Shown piece after piece: positions 1-8,669 of a stretch of DNA of 39,659 nucleotides (the stretch's first letter is position 1; every line of letters begins with the position of its first letter). Source of the stretch: Myxococcota bacterium (lineage in GTDB: Bacteria > Myxococcota > XYA12-FULL-58-9 > JALHOP01). Position numbers and translations under genes: made by a program. The notes below the pieces were generated by a model, which was not told the origin of the DNA, ran no database searches, and was given only the letters and a program-made list of their open reading frames with translations. The stretch spans positions 1 to 39,659 of the forward strand of contig JBGGMJ010000005.1 in NCBI GenBank assembly GCA_041288095.1, read 5' to 3'.

Positions 1-2
1 TC

Positions 3-947
3 GTAGTCCACCTCGATCAGGCCGAAGCGCGCTGCGATATCGCCATCGAGTACACCGGCGGCAAATACGCCGAGCCCTGGAACTTGAAGGGCCAAATCGC
101 CGCGTCGCGTGGTCACTACGATCTCGCGGTCGAGTACTTCAAGCGCGCCATCTCGCGCCGCAACGACTTCGCTGAAGCGCACAACAACCTGGGCGTCATC
201 TTCTTGAAGCGCCGCGAGACCGCGGCCGCCATGGACGAGTTCAAGCAGGCGATCGAATACGACCCGGGCTATCAAGGCGCGCGCCGCAACTACGGCAACG
301 CGCTCCTCAACGAGGGTGAGCCCGAGAAGGCGAAGCCCGAGTTCCTGAAGTGCATCGAGCTCGACCCCGGCTTCTGCGATTGCCGCATGGGGCTCGGCGT
401 CATCGCTCTGGGCGCCGGCAACTTCGACGAAGCGCAGGGTCACTTCGCCAAGCTCATCGAGGTCTGCCCCAATGACGCGATGGGCTATTACAACCTCTGC
501 TACACCTACCTCCGCAAGCAGCTTTGCTCGGACGCCGTGACCGCCTGCGTCGCGGCCGTGGCCATCGATAAGGACTGCATCGAGTGCAAGAAGAACCTGA
601 CGGAGGGCTACGAGTGCCTGGCGCTCCAGGGCGGCGCCGTCAGCAAGTACATGGATGAAATTGCTAAGAATCCTGGCGATCCGGAGCCCCACTTCCGCCT
701 CGGCACGGTTTTCGAGGAGCAGAAGCTCTACGACAACGCAGGGGACGAATTCCTCTACGCAATTCGGCTAAGCGAGGGTAAACACAAGCTAGCGCACTAC
801 AGAGCCGCGCGAACCTTCGATCAACTGGCACGCAGCGAGCAGGTGATCGAAATGTGTCAGCGCTTCGTCGACTTATTGCGCGGCGAAGAGCTGTCCGAAC
901 AGCGAGAGTGGTGTGTCAACCGCGTCAAACAACTTCAGTTCCAGTGA
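3..947 (+). CDS. TPR-repeat protein, Tgl/PilF-like, 5'-partial
   Basis: The frame is open from position 3, so the gene runs off the window edge. Several TPR motifs (AEAHNNLGVIF, GARRNYGNAL, PEPHFRLG). Cys pattern DPGFC..LG / EVCPND recalls myxobacterial Tgl. Confidence 0.8.
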   Translation, partial: VVHLDQAEARCDIAIEYTGGKYAEPWNLKGQIAASRGHYDLAVEYFKRAISRRNDFAEAHNNLGVIFLKRRETAAAMDEFKQAIEYDPGYQGARRNYGNALLNEGEPEKAKPEFLKCIELDPGFCDCRMGLGVIALGAGNFDEAQGHFAKLIEVCPNDAMGYYNLCYTYLRKQLCSDAVTACVAAVAIDKDCIECKKNLTEGYECLALQGGAVSKYMDEIAKNPGDPEPHFRLGTVFEEQKLYDNAGDEFLYAIRLSEGKHKLAHYRAARTFDQLARSEQVIEMCQRFVDLLRGEELSEQREWCVNRVKQLQFQ

Positions 948-1029
948 TGGCGCGCCCGAGGAAGCTGAGCCATCCGATGACAGTCATTGGGCGGGTCAGG
1001 GCTCGGGGGCAGGGCGAAAAAGAACGAAC

Positions 1030-2082
1030 GTGATTCGTCTCAACGCCGTCATCGAGATCGAAGGACAGGCACCGCGCGCCTTGGCGCACGAGTCGACGGC
1101 GCAGACTATCATCCTCGGACGCGACGGCTCGGCCGACTTCCAGATCCCCCTATCGACCATCTCGCGCCAGCACGCCCGTATCGCCGAAGCGGACGGCCTG
1201 TACGTCATCGAAGACCTGGGCTCGACACACGGCACCACAGTGAACGGTCGCAAGCTCGCCAAGGGCGAGAAGAAGGTCTTGAAGGACGGCGACATCATCG
1301 AGCTCACCAAGGCGAAGGTGAAAGTCTCGATCGAAACCGAGAAGCTCATCGAGTCGGTGCCGGGTGAAGGCACCAAGGCGATCGCCGCGCGCGCCGTGCA
1401 AGGCATCCTCGGCCGTCTCGGCGAAGCGCGCAGCGAGGGCCCGTACTTTCGCGTCCTGAACGGCGCCGACGAAGGCACGCGCTTCACCATGCAGGGCAAC
1501 TTCACCGAGTGGAACTTCGGCCGCTCGAAGGACTGCGAGTTCGTCCTCAACGACCCCAACGTGTCGCGCCGCCATGCTCGCGTGAAGAAGGACTGGAGCG
1601 GCTTCATCATCGAGGACCTGGGCTCGAAGAACGGCGTCTTGGTCAACGATCAGCTGGTGAAGAAGCATCGCCGCCTGAAGGACCGCGACGAAGTGACCAT
1701 CGGGCCCGTCAAAGCGGTCTACATCGATCCGGACGCGGATCTCCTGCGCGCGCTCGAGGACGTACCCGGCTTCAAGGTCGAGGAACCCATCGAGCCCGAG
1801 TCCAACGGCGGCGACGCTTCGGTGATGGGCGTACCCGATGACGGCTCGCCCGTCGGCATGGACAATCCCGGCACCGAAGGGGCGCTGCCGCCACCGCCGA
1901 TGCCGGGCGAGGGCACCCTCAATCAGCAGCGCGAGGCCGACGACGGGTTGGGCGACGTCGACATCGATCCCGACTTGCTCGCCGAGAGGCAGAGCAAGCT
2001 GCCGACGGAGTGGATCGTCATCGGTCTGGTGACGTTGCTCATCGCGGCGAGCGTGACGCTGATTCTCGCGATCCTGACCTAG
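1030..2082 (+). CDS. Tandem FHA-domain protein with C-terminal transmembrane anchor
   Basis: Two FHA signatures (LGR..ISRQHA..DLGSTHGT and FGR..VSRRHA..DLGSKNG), an acidic/Pro linker and a hydrophobic C-terminus. GTG at 1030 is preferred over the ORF-track start at 913, which overlaps the upstream gene. Confidence 0.88.
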   Translation: MIRLNAVIEIEGQAPRALAHESTAQTIILGRDGSADFQIPLSTISRQHARIAEADGLYVIEDLGSTHGTTVNGRKLAKGEKKVLKDGDIIELTKAKVKVSIETEKLIESVPGEGTKAIAARAVQGILGRLGEARSEGPYFRVLNGADEGTRFTMQGNFTEWNFGRSKDCEFVLNDPNVSRRHARVKKDWSGFIIEDLGSKNGVLVNDQLVKKHRRLKDRDEVTIGPVKAVYIDPDADLLRALEDVPGFKVEEPIEPESNGGDASVMGVPDDGSPVGMDNPGTEGALPPPPMPGEGTLNQQREADDGLGDVDIDPDLLAERQSKLPTEWIVIGLVTLLIAASVTLILAILT

Positions 2083-2507
2083 TCCGCTTTGGCGGGCATG
2101 TCGAGGACGCGGAAGCGCTCGCGGCACTCGTCCTCCGATGCGCTGACAGCGGCGTTCACGGCGGCGCGAACCGCGAAGGAGCTCGCAACCGCGATGCCGG
2201 TGGCGATGGCGCCGGCGGCGGCGTGCGCGAGGAGCGGTATGTCGACGAGAAAGCCCGCCGCGAGGATTCCCATGGGCCCACAGGCGATGGCGGCGCGGCC
2301 CATCGACTCGATCGCGCGGATGGTCCGCTCGCGCTCGTAGGCCTCCGCGATAGCGTGCAGGCGTTCGCCGTGACGTGTGCCGTCCGCGGCGGTGCGGTCG
2401 ACGGTGCGCTCGGAGACGGCACGCGCGTCGAAGCCGAGACCCGGCGCCAAAGCGCGGCTAATCGTTACGTCGAGCTTGTGGACGTAGTGAAGCGGAATAG
2501 AGGTCAT
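2079..2507 (-). CDS. Hypothetical membrane protein (orphan)
   Basis: ATG at 2507 with a GAGGG SD. Ala/Gly-rich hydrophobic C-terminal half. No signal peptide. Confidence 0.55.
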   Translation of the reverse strand: MTSIPLHYVHKLDVTISRALAPGLGFDARAVSERTVDRTAADGTRHGERLHAIAEAYERERTIRAIESMGRAAIACGPMGILAAGFLVDIPLLAHAAAGAIATGIAVASSFAVRAAVNAAVSASEDECRERFRVLDMPAKAD

Positions 2508-2533
2508 GGGAAGCCCTCGTGGGGAGGGCTTGC

Positions 2534-2541
2534 GTATCGGC
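2534..2541 (-). promoter_or_regulatory. sigma28/FliA-like -10 box GCCGATAC
   Basis: 7/8 match to GCCGATAA, 26 nt upstream of the ATG at 2507. No TAAA -35 element. Confidence 0.45.
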
Positions 2542-2621
2542 AATCCGGCGCGCGAGGCGCGGTCGATGAGAGTGCCTGGCACGGAGCCGGCCAGTGACCC
2601 AAGTCACCAGCGGGGGGCTTC

Positions 2622-3200
2622 CTATGAAGTGCCGGGCTGCTCGGCTGTCGCTGCACCTTGCGTGGGCGGTTTCAGGCTCGCGAGGCGCGGGCCGATTTGC
2701 GCAAGACGCGTGTCTTTCTCCGTGAGGGCGCCGGCGATCACGAGGGGGATGCCGATGAGCACGACGAGGGCGGAGACGAGGCCAACGAACACGCCGGGCT
2801 CCTGATAGCGCCCGAGCATGGAGAGGTACGACGCGTGCGTCGCCGCTACCCCGGCTAGCGCGGTCAAGGGCCACGCGGCGAGCGTCGCGTGCAATGGACG
2901 GACGGCATCGCGCATCCCTTGTGTGACGATTTCGAAGCGCGTGAACTCCGGCTTCGAGAGCACCGCGTAGGCGTCTTCCACCGCGACGCGGGTGCCACCT
3001 CTGAGAATGGCGCTGAAGTCGAGCCGCTCCTGGAGCTTGAGCGCGAGATCGGGATCGTGCTTGGCGATCTCGGTGAGCGCGGTCATGCGCGGCTGCGCTT
3101 TGACGAGCCGGCGGTCTGCGACGGGGCTAGGTACGACCGCCACGGCGCTCGCGAGCCCGGGCAACGGTGTTGCGGTGCGTTCGACAGTGAGAGCGCTCAT
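2622..3200 (-). CDS. Hypothetical membrane protein with two predicted TM segments (orphan)
   Basis: ATG at 3200 with a GGAGG SD. Hydrophobic stretches LAAWPLTALAGVAA and VFVGLVSALVVLIGIPLVIAGAL. Confidence 0.6.
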   Translation of the reverse strand: MSALTVERTATPLPGLASAVAVVPSPVADRRLVKAQPRMTALTEIAKHDPDLALKLQERLDFSAILRGGTRVAVEDAYAVLSKPEFTRFEIVTQGMRDAVRPLHATLAAWPLTALAGVAATHASYLSMLGRYQEPGVFVGLVSALVVLIGIPLVIAGALTEKDTRLAQIGPRLASLKPPTQGAATAEQPGTS

Positions 3201-3226
3201 CGACCAATCCTCCACCCGGAGTCTCG

Positions 3227-3234
3227 GTATCGGC
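3227..3234 (-). promoter_or_regulatory. sigma28/FliA-like -10 box GCCGATAC
   Basis: Same 8-mer and same 26-nt distance to the start codon as in front of the neighbouring orphan. Confidence 0.45.
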
Positions 3235-3336
3235 AGCGCCTCGACGCACGGACACAGTCCACCGCCTGCGGTTGTGGCACTCACGTGGCGGCCGGTGTCG
3301 CCACCAGCCGCTACCTACCTGTAGAGAACCGCTAGC

Positions 3337-4026
3337 TTACGGCAGCGGGTTGAACTTGACCGCGGGGCGGATCACGACGACCGAGCCCTTGGCGCCCGGG
3401 ACCGACCCGTGGAGCAGTACGACGTTCTGCTCGGGGCGAACCTCGGCGATGCGCACGTTCTGCGCGGTCACGTTGTCGTCACCCATGTGGCCCGGCATGC
3501 GGCGGCCCTTGATGACGCGACCCGGCCACTTACGGCAGCCGATCGATCCGCCATGGCGGAAGTACTCGTGGGTACCGTGCGAGGCGTTGAAGCCCTTGAA
3601 CTTGTAGCGGCGCACGACGCCCTGGAAGCCCTTGCCCTTGGTGCGGCCGGCCACGTCCACGAGGTCGCCGATCTTCCACTCGACGTCCTTGAGCGAGATC
3701 TCGGCGCCGACTTCGAACTTCGCGAGGGTCGCGTCACTGACGCGGAGCTCGCGCACGACGCGGCGAGCCTTCTCGTTGCCGCCGAGCGCCTTCACGACGC
3801 CTTTTTCGGGGCTCGAGAGCAGACGCTCGGGCTTGTTGCCGAAGCCCAGCTGGAGCGCGGTGTAGCCGTCGGTGCGGCCGTTCTTGTTGGTGGCCTTGGT
3901 GCGCTTGTTCATGACGAGGTTCGGACCGAGCTCGATGACGGTGACACCAATCGCGGTGCCGTCTTTGTCGAACACTTGCGTCATACCGAGCTTGCGACCA
4001 ATCAGACCGAGCTGGCGCTCTTTCAT
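3337..4026 (-). CDS. rplC: 50S ribosomal protein L3 (relocated out of the S10 operon)
   Basis: GLIGRKLGMTQVF, DGYTALQLGF, KGKGFQGVVRRY, HGTHEYFRHGGSIG, MPGHMG. ATG at 4026 with a GGAGG SD. Confidence 0.98.
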   Translation of the reverse strand: MKERQLGLIGRKLGMTQVFDKDGTAIGVTVIELGPNLVMNKRTKATNKNGRTDGYTALQLGFGNKPERLLSSPEKGVVKALGGNEKARRVVRELRVSDATLAKFEVGAEISLKDVEWKIGDLVDVAGRTKGKGFQGVVRRYKFKGFNASHGTHEYFRHGGSIGCRKWPGRVIKGRRMPGHMGDDNVTAQNVRIAEVRPEQNVVLLHGSVPGAKGSVVVIRPAVKFNPLP

Positions 4027-4094
4027 CGTACTAACCTCCGGGACTCGCGATTCACCTGCTGGCGAACGGTTGGTCCCCAATTGATAGGGCGCGC

Positions 4095-4123
4095 CAAATA
4101 CGGGACGGGCCCTGATTTGTCAA
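4095..4123 (-). promoter_or_regulatory. sigma70-type promoter of rplC
   Basis: TTGACA-N17-TATTTG followed by the GC-rich discriminator GCGCGCCC. Confidence 0.65.
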
Positions 4124-4125
4124 TC

Positions 4126-5769
4126 TCAGTCGAGCGGGGCCGCCGGGAAAGCGGTGGCCGGGGGCGCTACATTGAGGAGCTTGGCGACCGTATGCGTGAA
4201 GGTCGAGAAGGTCAGCTCGTCCTCGATGACCTTGCCGGCGCTAACCGCCTTGGGGGCGCGCACCAGGAACGGCACCGTGAGGTCGTAGGTGTAGGGCATG
4301 CCGTGGGTCGCGCCCGAGCCGTCACCGAAGCCGGCCCCACGCGCCAGGACGACCATGATGTCGCCTTCGGAGTCGACAGGATAGGCGTTGCAGACCAACA
4401 CATCGAGGCCGGGACCCGTCGGGCAGGTACCGGGCAGCGTCTTCACGTCGAAGGCGCTGGAGACCCCTGGCTGGGCCGTGAGGGTCGTGAGCAACGCGGG
4501 GACCAGGCGCTCCCGCACCCCGGGGGCACGGCCTTCGTCCGTCAGGGCGACGAAGGCACCGACGAAACCATGCAGCCACCGACCCGGCCCCAGGACCTTC
4601 TCGGCCGTCTTCGTGAGCTCCTGGGCAATCTCTTGGCGGGACATGCGCTTGAGATCCCTGCAGGGGCGGTCCCATCGATCCGCTGAAGCGGACTTGCACT
4701 CGGGACGCATGGGCTGCACTTCGGGGATGGGCTCGACACCGTGATCGGCAGACAGCGCGACCGCCCAGCCATCGGCTCCGAAGCGCTTGTCGAGGCCTTC
4801 GAAGAGGCGGGCGAGGGTGCCGTCGAGGCGCAGCAGCTCGTCCCAGGCCTCCCAGGCGTCAGGCCCGAAGGCGTGGCCGATGATGTCGTTCGCCGACAGG
4901 GAGAGCGACAGCAGCGTCGGCTGGCCGTCGTGGCGCTCGGCGTCCAGCGCCGCCAGCGCGAGCTCGACCAACATGATGTCGGATTGTGGGCTCAAGCGGA
5001 CGGCCGCTCCGAGCGGGGCCTGGCGAATGAGGTCGTGCGGAAAGGCGCGCATGCTCGGCTCTTCGCCGTCTTGATCGTCGGGCGTGAGCACGTGTCGGGC
5101 GAGCCAAGCGGGGTCGAGCGGTGTCCACGGCTGCGCCAGACGCTCGGGAATGGTGCGCGAGACATCGACCGCCCACGCCGGCAGCGCTTCTCCGTAATAA
5201 GTGGAGGTGACGAGCTCGGCGGTCTCGATGTCGAACCACACCGCGACCTTCGGCGACTTGCCCACCGGCAGGATGGCGCCGCGATCCTTGAGCGACAGAC
5301 CCATGACCAGCGCATCGGGATACTGGGCGCGGAACATGTCTGCGACGCCGTCGACCCGCAGGACTTTCGGCGAAGCGCCGGCGCGCGCCGACACTCCACG
5401 CGTCGAGACCAGCCGCGTATCGTCGTCCGCCATTGTGGACACGACCCGTCCATTGCGTAGCGCCTCGTTGGACATGACGCCGCTCCGCGCCGGCGGCGCT
5501 CCGGTGAACAACGCCGCATGGCCACAAGCCGTCTCGGTCGCCGCATGGGCATAGCGGATCGCTCGCACGTACGTGCCCTCACGCCGCAAGCGCGCGAAAC
5601 CGCCATCGGCCGGCAAGGTCTCGAGCCGCTCGCTCGCCACCCAGGCGGCAAACTGATCGACGATGATGGTGACGACGACGGGCGCCCCCGTGGACTTCTT
5701 CGGTGCGGGATCGCTGCGCGTGCTGGAACAAGCGAACACGCCGAGGCAAAGCAGGGGGAGGTACTTCAC
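4126..5769 (-). CDS. Alkaline phosphatase superfamily lipoprotein (PafA/nucleotide pyrophosphatase-like)
   Basis: IIVDQF, Thr-nucleophile motif TETACGHAALFTG, SLKDRGAIL, DIIGHAFGP, LSADHG, THG. Lipobox VFAC after the GTG at 5769. Confidence 0.88.
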   Translation of the reverse strand: MKYLPLLCLGVFACSSTRSDPAPKKSTGAPVVVTIIVDQFAAWVASERLETLPADGGFARLRREGTYVRAIRYAHAATETACGHAALFTGAPPARSGVMSNEALRNGRVVSTMADDDTRLVSTRGVSARAGASPKVLRVDGVADMFRAQYPDALVMGLSLKDRGAILPVGKSPKVAVWFDIETAELVTSTYYGEALPAWAVDVSRTIPERLAQPWTPLDPAWLARHVLTPDDQDGEEPSMRAFPHDLIRQAPLGAAVRLSPQSDIMLVELALAALDAERHDGQPTLLSLSLSANDIIGHAFGPDAWEAWDELLRLDGTLARLFEGLDKRFGADGWAVALSADHGVEPIPEVQPMRPECKSASADRWDRPCRDLKRMSRQEIAQELTKTAEKVLGPGRWLHGFVGAFVALTDEGRAPGVRERLVPALLTTLTAQPGVSSAFDVKTLPGTCPTGPGLDVLVCNAYPVDSEGDIMVVLARGAGFGDGSGATHGMPYTYDLTVPFLVRAPKAVSAGKVIEDELTFSTFTHTVAKLLNVAPPATAFPAAPLD

Positions 5770-5809
5770 GGCGGGCCGTCTAGCCGAGGTCCGACACGAC
5801 CGACAACAC

Positions 5810-7042
5810 TTAAAGCGGTAACCGGAAACCGCCACCCTCCCTGAACTCGAGCGTGAAGCCGAACTGGAAGGTGATGTTGCCGTTGCCGTCGGCGAGGGCA
5901 GGGGGCGGATTGTTGAAGGGCTCGGCGCGGCGGAAGGCGTTGACCGCTTCGGCGTCGAGGAAGTCGAGCCCGCTCGAGCGCATGACGACCGCGTCCCGAA
6001 GCTTGCCGTCTTTCCCCAGGGTGATTTGCAGCATCGTGGTGCGGGTGAGCTGACCGAAGACGTTGCCGCTCGGGTCACGGCGGCGGAACTCGCTGACGGG
6101 GTTCCAGTGCTGCGAGACGCCTTTCTTCATGCGGTTGAAGAAGCCGGCGTAGACGAACTCGCGCGACTTCAAGAACGTGCCTTCGCCCTCTTGCTCGTCG
6201 ATGGCGTCGGGAGCGGGAGCGCCGGCGATGCGCGACAGGACGCCGATGGTGGGCACGAGATCGGCGACGGCTCTGCCGAGCTTGGGCGCGTGGCCCGGCT
6301 CGGCGAGCGCCTCCTGGCCTTCTTGGCCGGGGGCGATGCGCAGCTTCGTGCCGTTGCCCGCGACCTCTTCCTTGGCCTCGCGGTTCTTCATCGTGCCCAT
6401 GCGTGGGTCCAAGGCGAGCGCCAGGCGATCCTGCTCCGCGACCTTCGGGAACTCGAGCCGCGGCGCCTGCGCGGCTTTGGCGTCTTGCTTCTTCTTGTTC
6501 TTCGTCTGGTTCGACTTGGTCTCGTCGGGGCCAATCTCGAGGACGTTGGGATTGCCGCCGACCTGCGGTGAGCTCACGCCTTCGCTCTTTCGCGCCACCG
6601 TCAGCTCGTTCATCGCGTTGCCGTAGTTCTGCTGCTGGTTGCGGCTGACGGTCTCTTTGTCGACGTTGGTGTTGTGCTCGGAGAGGTACTTGGCGTCCTT
6701 CGGCGCGGTGCTATCCGCGGTCGGAGGGACGTCGACAATTTGTCCCTTTAAATCCTTTGGTAGCACCGGTTCGTCAGGTTTCTTCTCTGCTAACTTCTCC
6801 TTCTCTTTTTGCTTCTCGCGCTCGAGTTGCTCCTTCGACTTCATGTTGGGCCGGGCGATGCGTCCATCGCCGGTCATGGGCACCATCCTCACTTTGGTGA
6901 CCTTCTTGTCGGGAGCGTGGCCGCCGCCTTTGAACAGGCTGACGACCAAAGGCACGGCGAGGACGTGCAGTGCCAACGCCACGACCAAGGCCGCTGGCAA
7001 TGGCACCGGCGATCTGTCGAACCTTCGCTCGCGGTCGCCCAC
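5810..7042 (-). CDS. TonB-family energy transducer (TonB C-terminal domain)
   Basis: N-terminal TM helix with His (ALALHVL), long Lys/Pro/Glu linker, C-terminal SSGLDFLDAEAVNAFRRAEPFNNPP. Confidence 0.85.
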   Translation of the reverse strand: MGDRERRFDRSPVPLPAALVVALALHVLAVPLVVSLFKGGGHAPDKKVTKVRMVPMTGDGRIARPNMKSKEQLEREKQKEKEKLAEKKPDEPVLPKDLKGQIVDVPPTADSTAPKDAKYLSEHNTNVDKETVSRNQQQNYGNAMNELTVARKSEGVSSPQVGGNPNVLEIGPDETKSNQTKNKKKQDAKAAQAPRLEFPKVAEQDRLALALDPRMGTMKNREAKEEVAGNGTKLRIAPGQEGQEALAEPGHAPKLGRAVADLVPTIGVLSRIAGAPAPDAIDEQEGEGTFLKSREFVYAGFFNRMKKGVSQHWNPVSEFRRRDPSGNVFGQLTRTTMLQITLGKDGKLRDAVVMRSSGLDFLDAEAVNAFRRAEPFNNPPPALADGNGNITFQFGFTLEFREGGGFRLPL

Positions 7043-7115
7043 CGTGTTCTGCCTCTCCAGGAGACGCTAGCGACCGTGTTCTAGGTCGTCAAGCAGGGGG
7101 GCCGGGACGGGCTCG

Positions 7116-8603
7116 TCAAACGTGGGTTTTCAGGGCGCGGCCGGCTACCTGGAGAATCTTATCCTCAAATGACGCGCTGGCCAGACTCTCGAGGGTGAGC
7201 TCCCTGGCGCTGTCGAGCAGGTTCTTGATGGTGTCCTCACACTGCTTGGTGACGTTTTCGCACTCGATGACGACAACCGACTCGGTGTCCCTGAAGCGTG
7301 AACGGCCGTTCATGTTCGCCGAGCCGCCGACCGTGTACTTGCCAGCCAGAGTCATCACCTTGGCGTGCACCATCGGCGAGCGCACGAAGATGCGCACGCC
7401 TGCTCTGATGAGCTCTTCGTGGAGTGGGCTGCCGGCGTGATAGGCGATCTTGAAATCGATGGTTTCGACGGCGGAGGTGAGCACGGTCACCGGATAGCCG
7501 CGCGCCACCGCGCGCTTGAGCGCGTCGAGCACCGGCTGCGGCGGCGAGAAGTACGGGTTCTCGATGTGAATGGGGCCCTCGGTGGCATCGATGAGGCGGA
7601 CCCAGGCGGCGGTAATGTAATCGTCGCCATCTTCCCACGGGCGATGTTGAATGAAGCGCACCTTGCGGCCGCCGCCGATGTGAGGCGCTATAGCGTACGG
7701 ATCGGTGAGCTCGCGCAACAGGTCGTCGGGGATGTGGTGGCCGCGCTCGAGCCAGGTTCGGGTGAAGGCGTATTGCATGTCGGCGACCACGGGACCGCGA
7801 ATCATGAAGTCCATGTCGTGCCAGGGCTCGCCGACGCTGACGATCGGCTTCTTCATGAACGGCAGACCGGCAAGGCGGATGAGCTTGAAGCGCCGATTGT
7901 CCGCGCCCGGCACCCCTCCGCACTCACTCGTCAGGTTGATGCCGCCGAGGATGCCCACGTGGTTGTGCAGCAAGAAGAGCTTTTCGTGCCAGCGGAAGAC
8001 GTGGCGCATCCAATCATCCGGACCATCACCGACTGCTTCGACCTCGACGCCCGCGCGCGCCATGAGCCGGAACATGTCGGTGCCGGCGCCGACGGCGTCT
8101 TCGGAGCCGACCGCATCGTAGATGTGCCTCGCCGGACCGACGTTCCGCGCGTGCTGCATCATCATGCGGGCGTTGCGCCAACCGACACCGTCGTTGCGGT
8201 TCACGAAGGTCTGCTGGTGCAGGGACTCGCCCGGCCGCGCCATCGCGGCGATGTCGCCTCGCGCTTCGAAGGCGCGCTGGCCGTGCGGCAGGACTTCGAC
8301 GAGGTTTCCGGGGCGCGCGACCGATTTGGTCTCGCGGTCGAGGAGCGCCTCGAGCTCGGGCGAGCCGAGCTTCAAGCCGAGCACCGGCTGCAACACCGGG
8401 ATCGACTCGATGCCGGTCATCTCGCGCATGCGCAGGCCGAGGGTACTGCGATCGCTGAGGACCGAGCCGCCGGTCACGGGGTTGAGCATGACGCCGAGCG
8501 GGCCCGCGTCTGGGAGCCGGAAAGCCGGGCGCGACTCAGCCTCGGCCCGCGCTTTGGCGGCGGCCTGGGCAGCGGCGACGACACGCCCCACGGGAGTCAG
8601 CAT
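7116..8603 (-). CDS. Phospholipase D / cardiolipin-synthase-like protein with degenerate HKD motifs
   Basis: HEKLFLLH..GGIN and HAKVMTLA..GSAN, plus PWHD and IENPYF. No N-terminal TM helices. Confidence 0.85.
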   Translation of the reverse strand: MLTPVGRVVAAAQAAAKARAEAESRPAFRLPDAGPLGVMLNPVTGGSVLSDRSTLGLRMREMTGIESIPVLQPVLGLKLGSPELEALLDRETKSVARPGNLVEVLPHGQRAFEARGDIAAMARPGESLHQQTFVNRNDGVGWRNARMMMQHARNVGPARHIYDAVGSEDAVGAGTDMFRLMARAGVEVEAVGDGPDDWMRHVFRWHEKLFLLHNHVGILGGINLTSECGGVPGADNRRFKLIRLAGLPFMKKPIVSVGEPWHDMDFMIRGPVVADMQYAFTRTWLERGHHIPDDLLRELTDPYAIAPHIGGGRKVRFIQHRPWEDGDDYITAAWVRLIDATEGPIHIENPYFSPPQPVLDALKRAVARGYPVTVLTSAVETIDFKIAYHAGSPLHEELIRAGVRIFVRSPMVHAKVMTLAGKYTVGGSANMNGRSRFRDTESVVVIECENVTKQCEDTIKNLLDSARELTLESLASASFEDKILQVAGRALKTHV

Positions 8604-8612
8604 CGTCGTTAC

Positions 8613-8620
8613 TTATCGGC
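8613..8620 (-). promoter_or_regulatory. sigma28/FliA-like -10 box GCCGATAA
   Basis: Perfect consensus 9 nt upstream of the PLD ATG. No SD present. Confidence 0.5.
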
Positions 8621-8669
8621 AGGAATGACGCGCTGTGTGGTCACGTCGACCCGTCAACGTGTCAGGGCC

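Noticed and set aside
913-1029. Overlap or frameshift between the TPR and FHA genes
   Set aside because: The in-frame GTG at 1030 gives a clean non-overlapping start. The extra N-terminal residues look non-coding.
5810-7042. TonB protein as the energiser of the FecR/ECF system
   Set aside because: It is 20 kb away, lacks the ECF promoter motif, and no TonB-dependent receptor or exbBD is in the window, so a link is unsupported.
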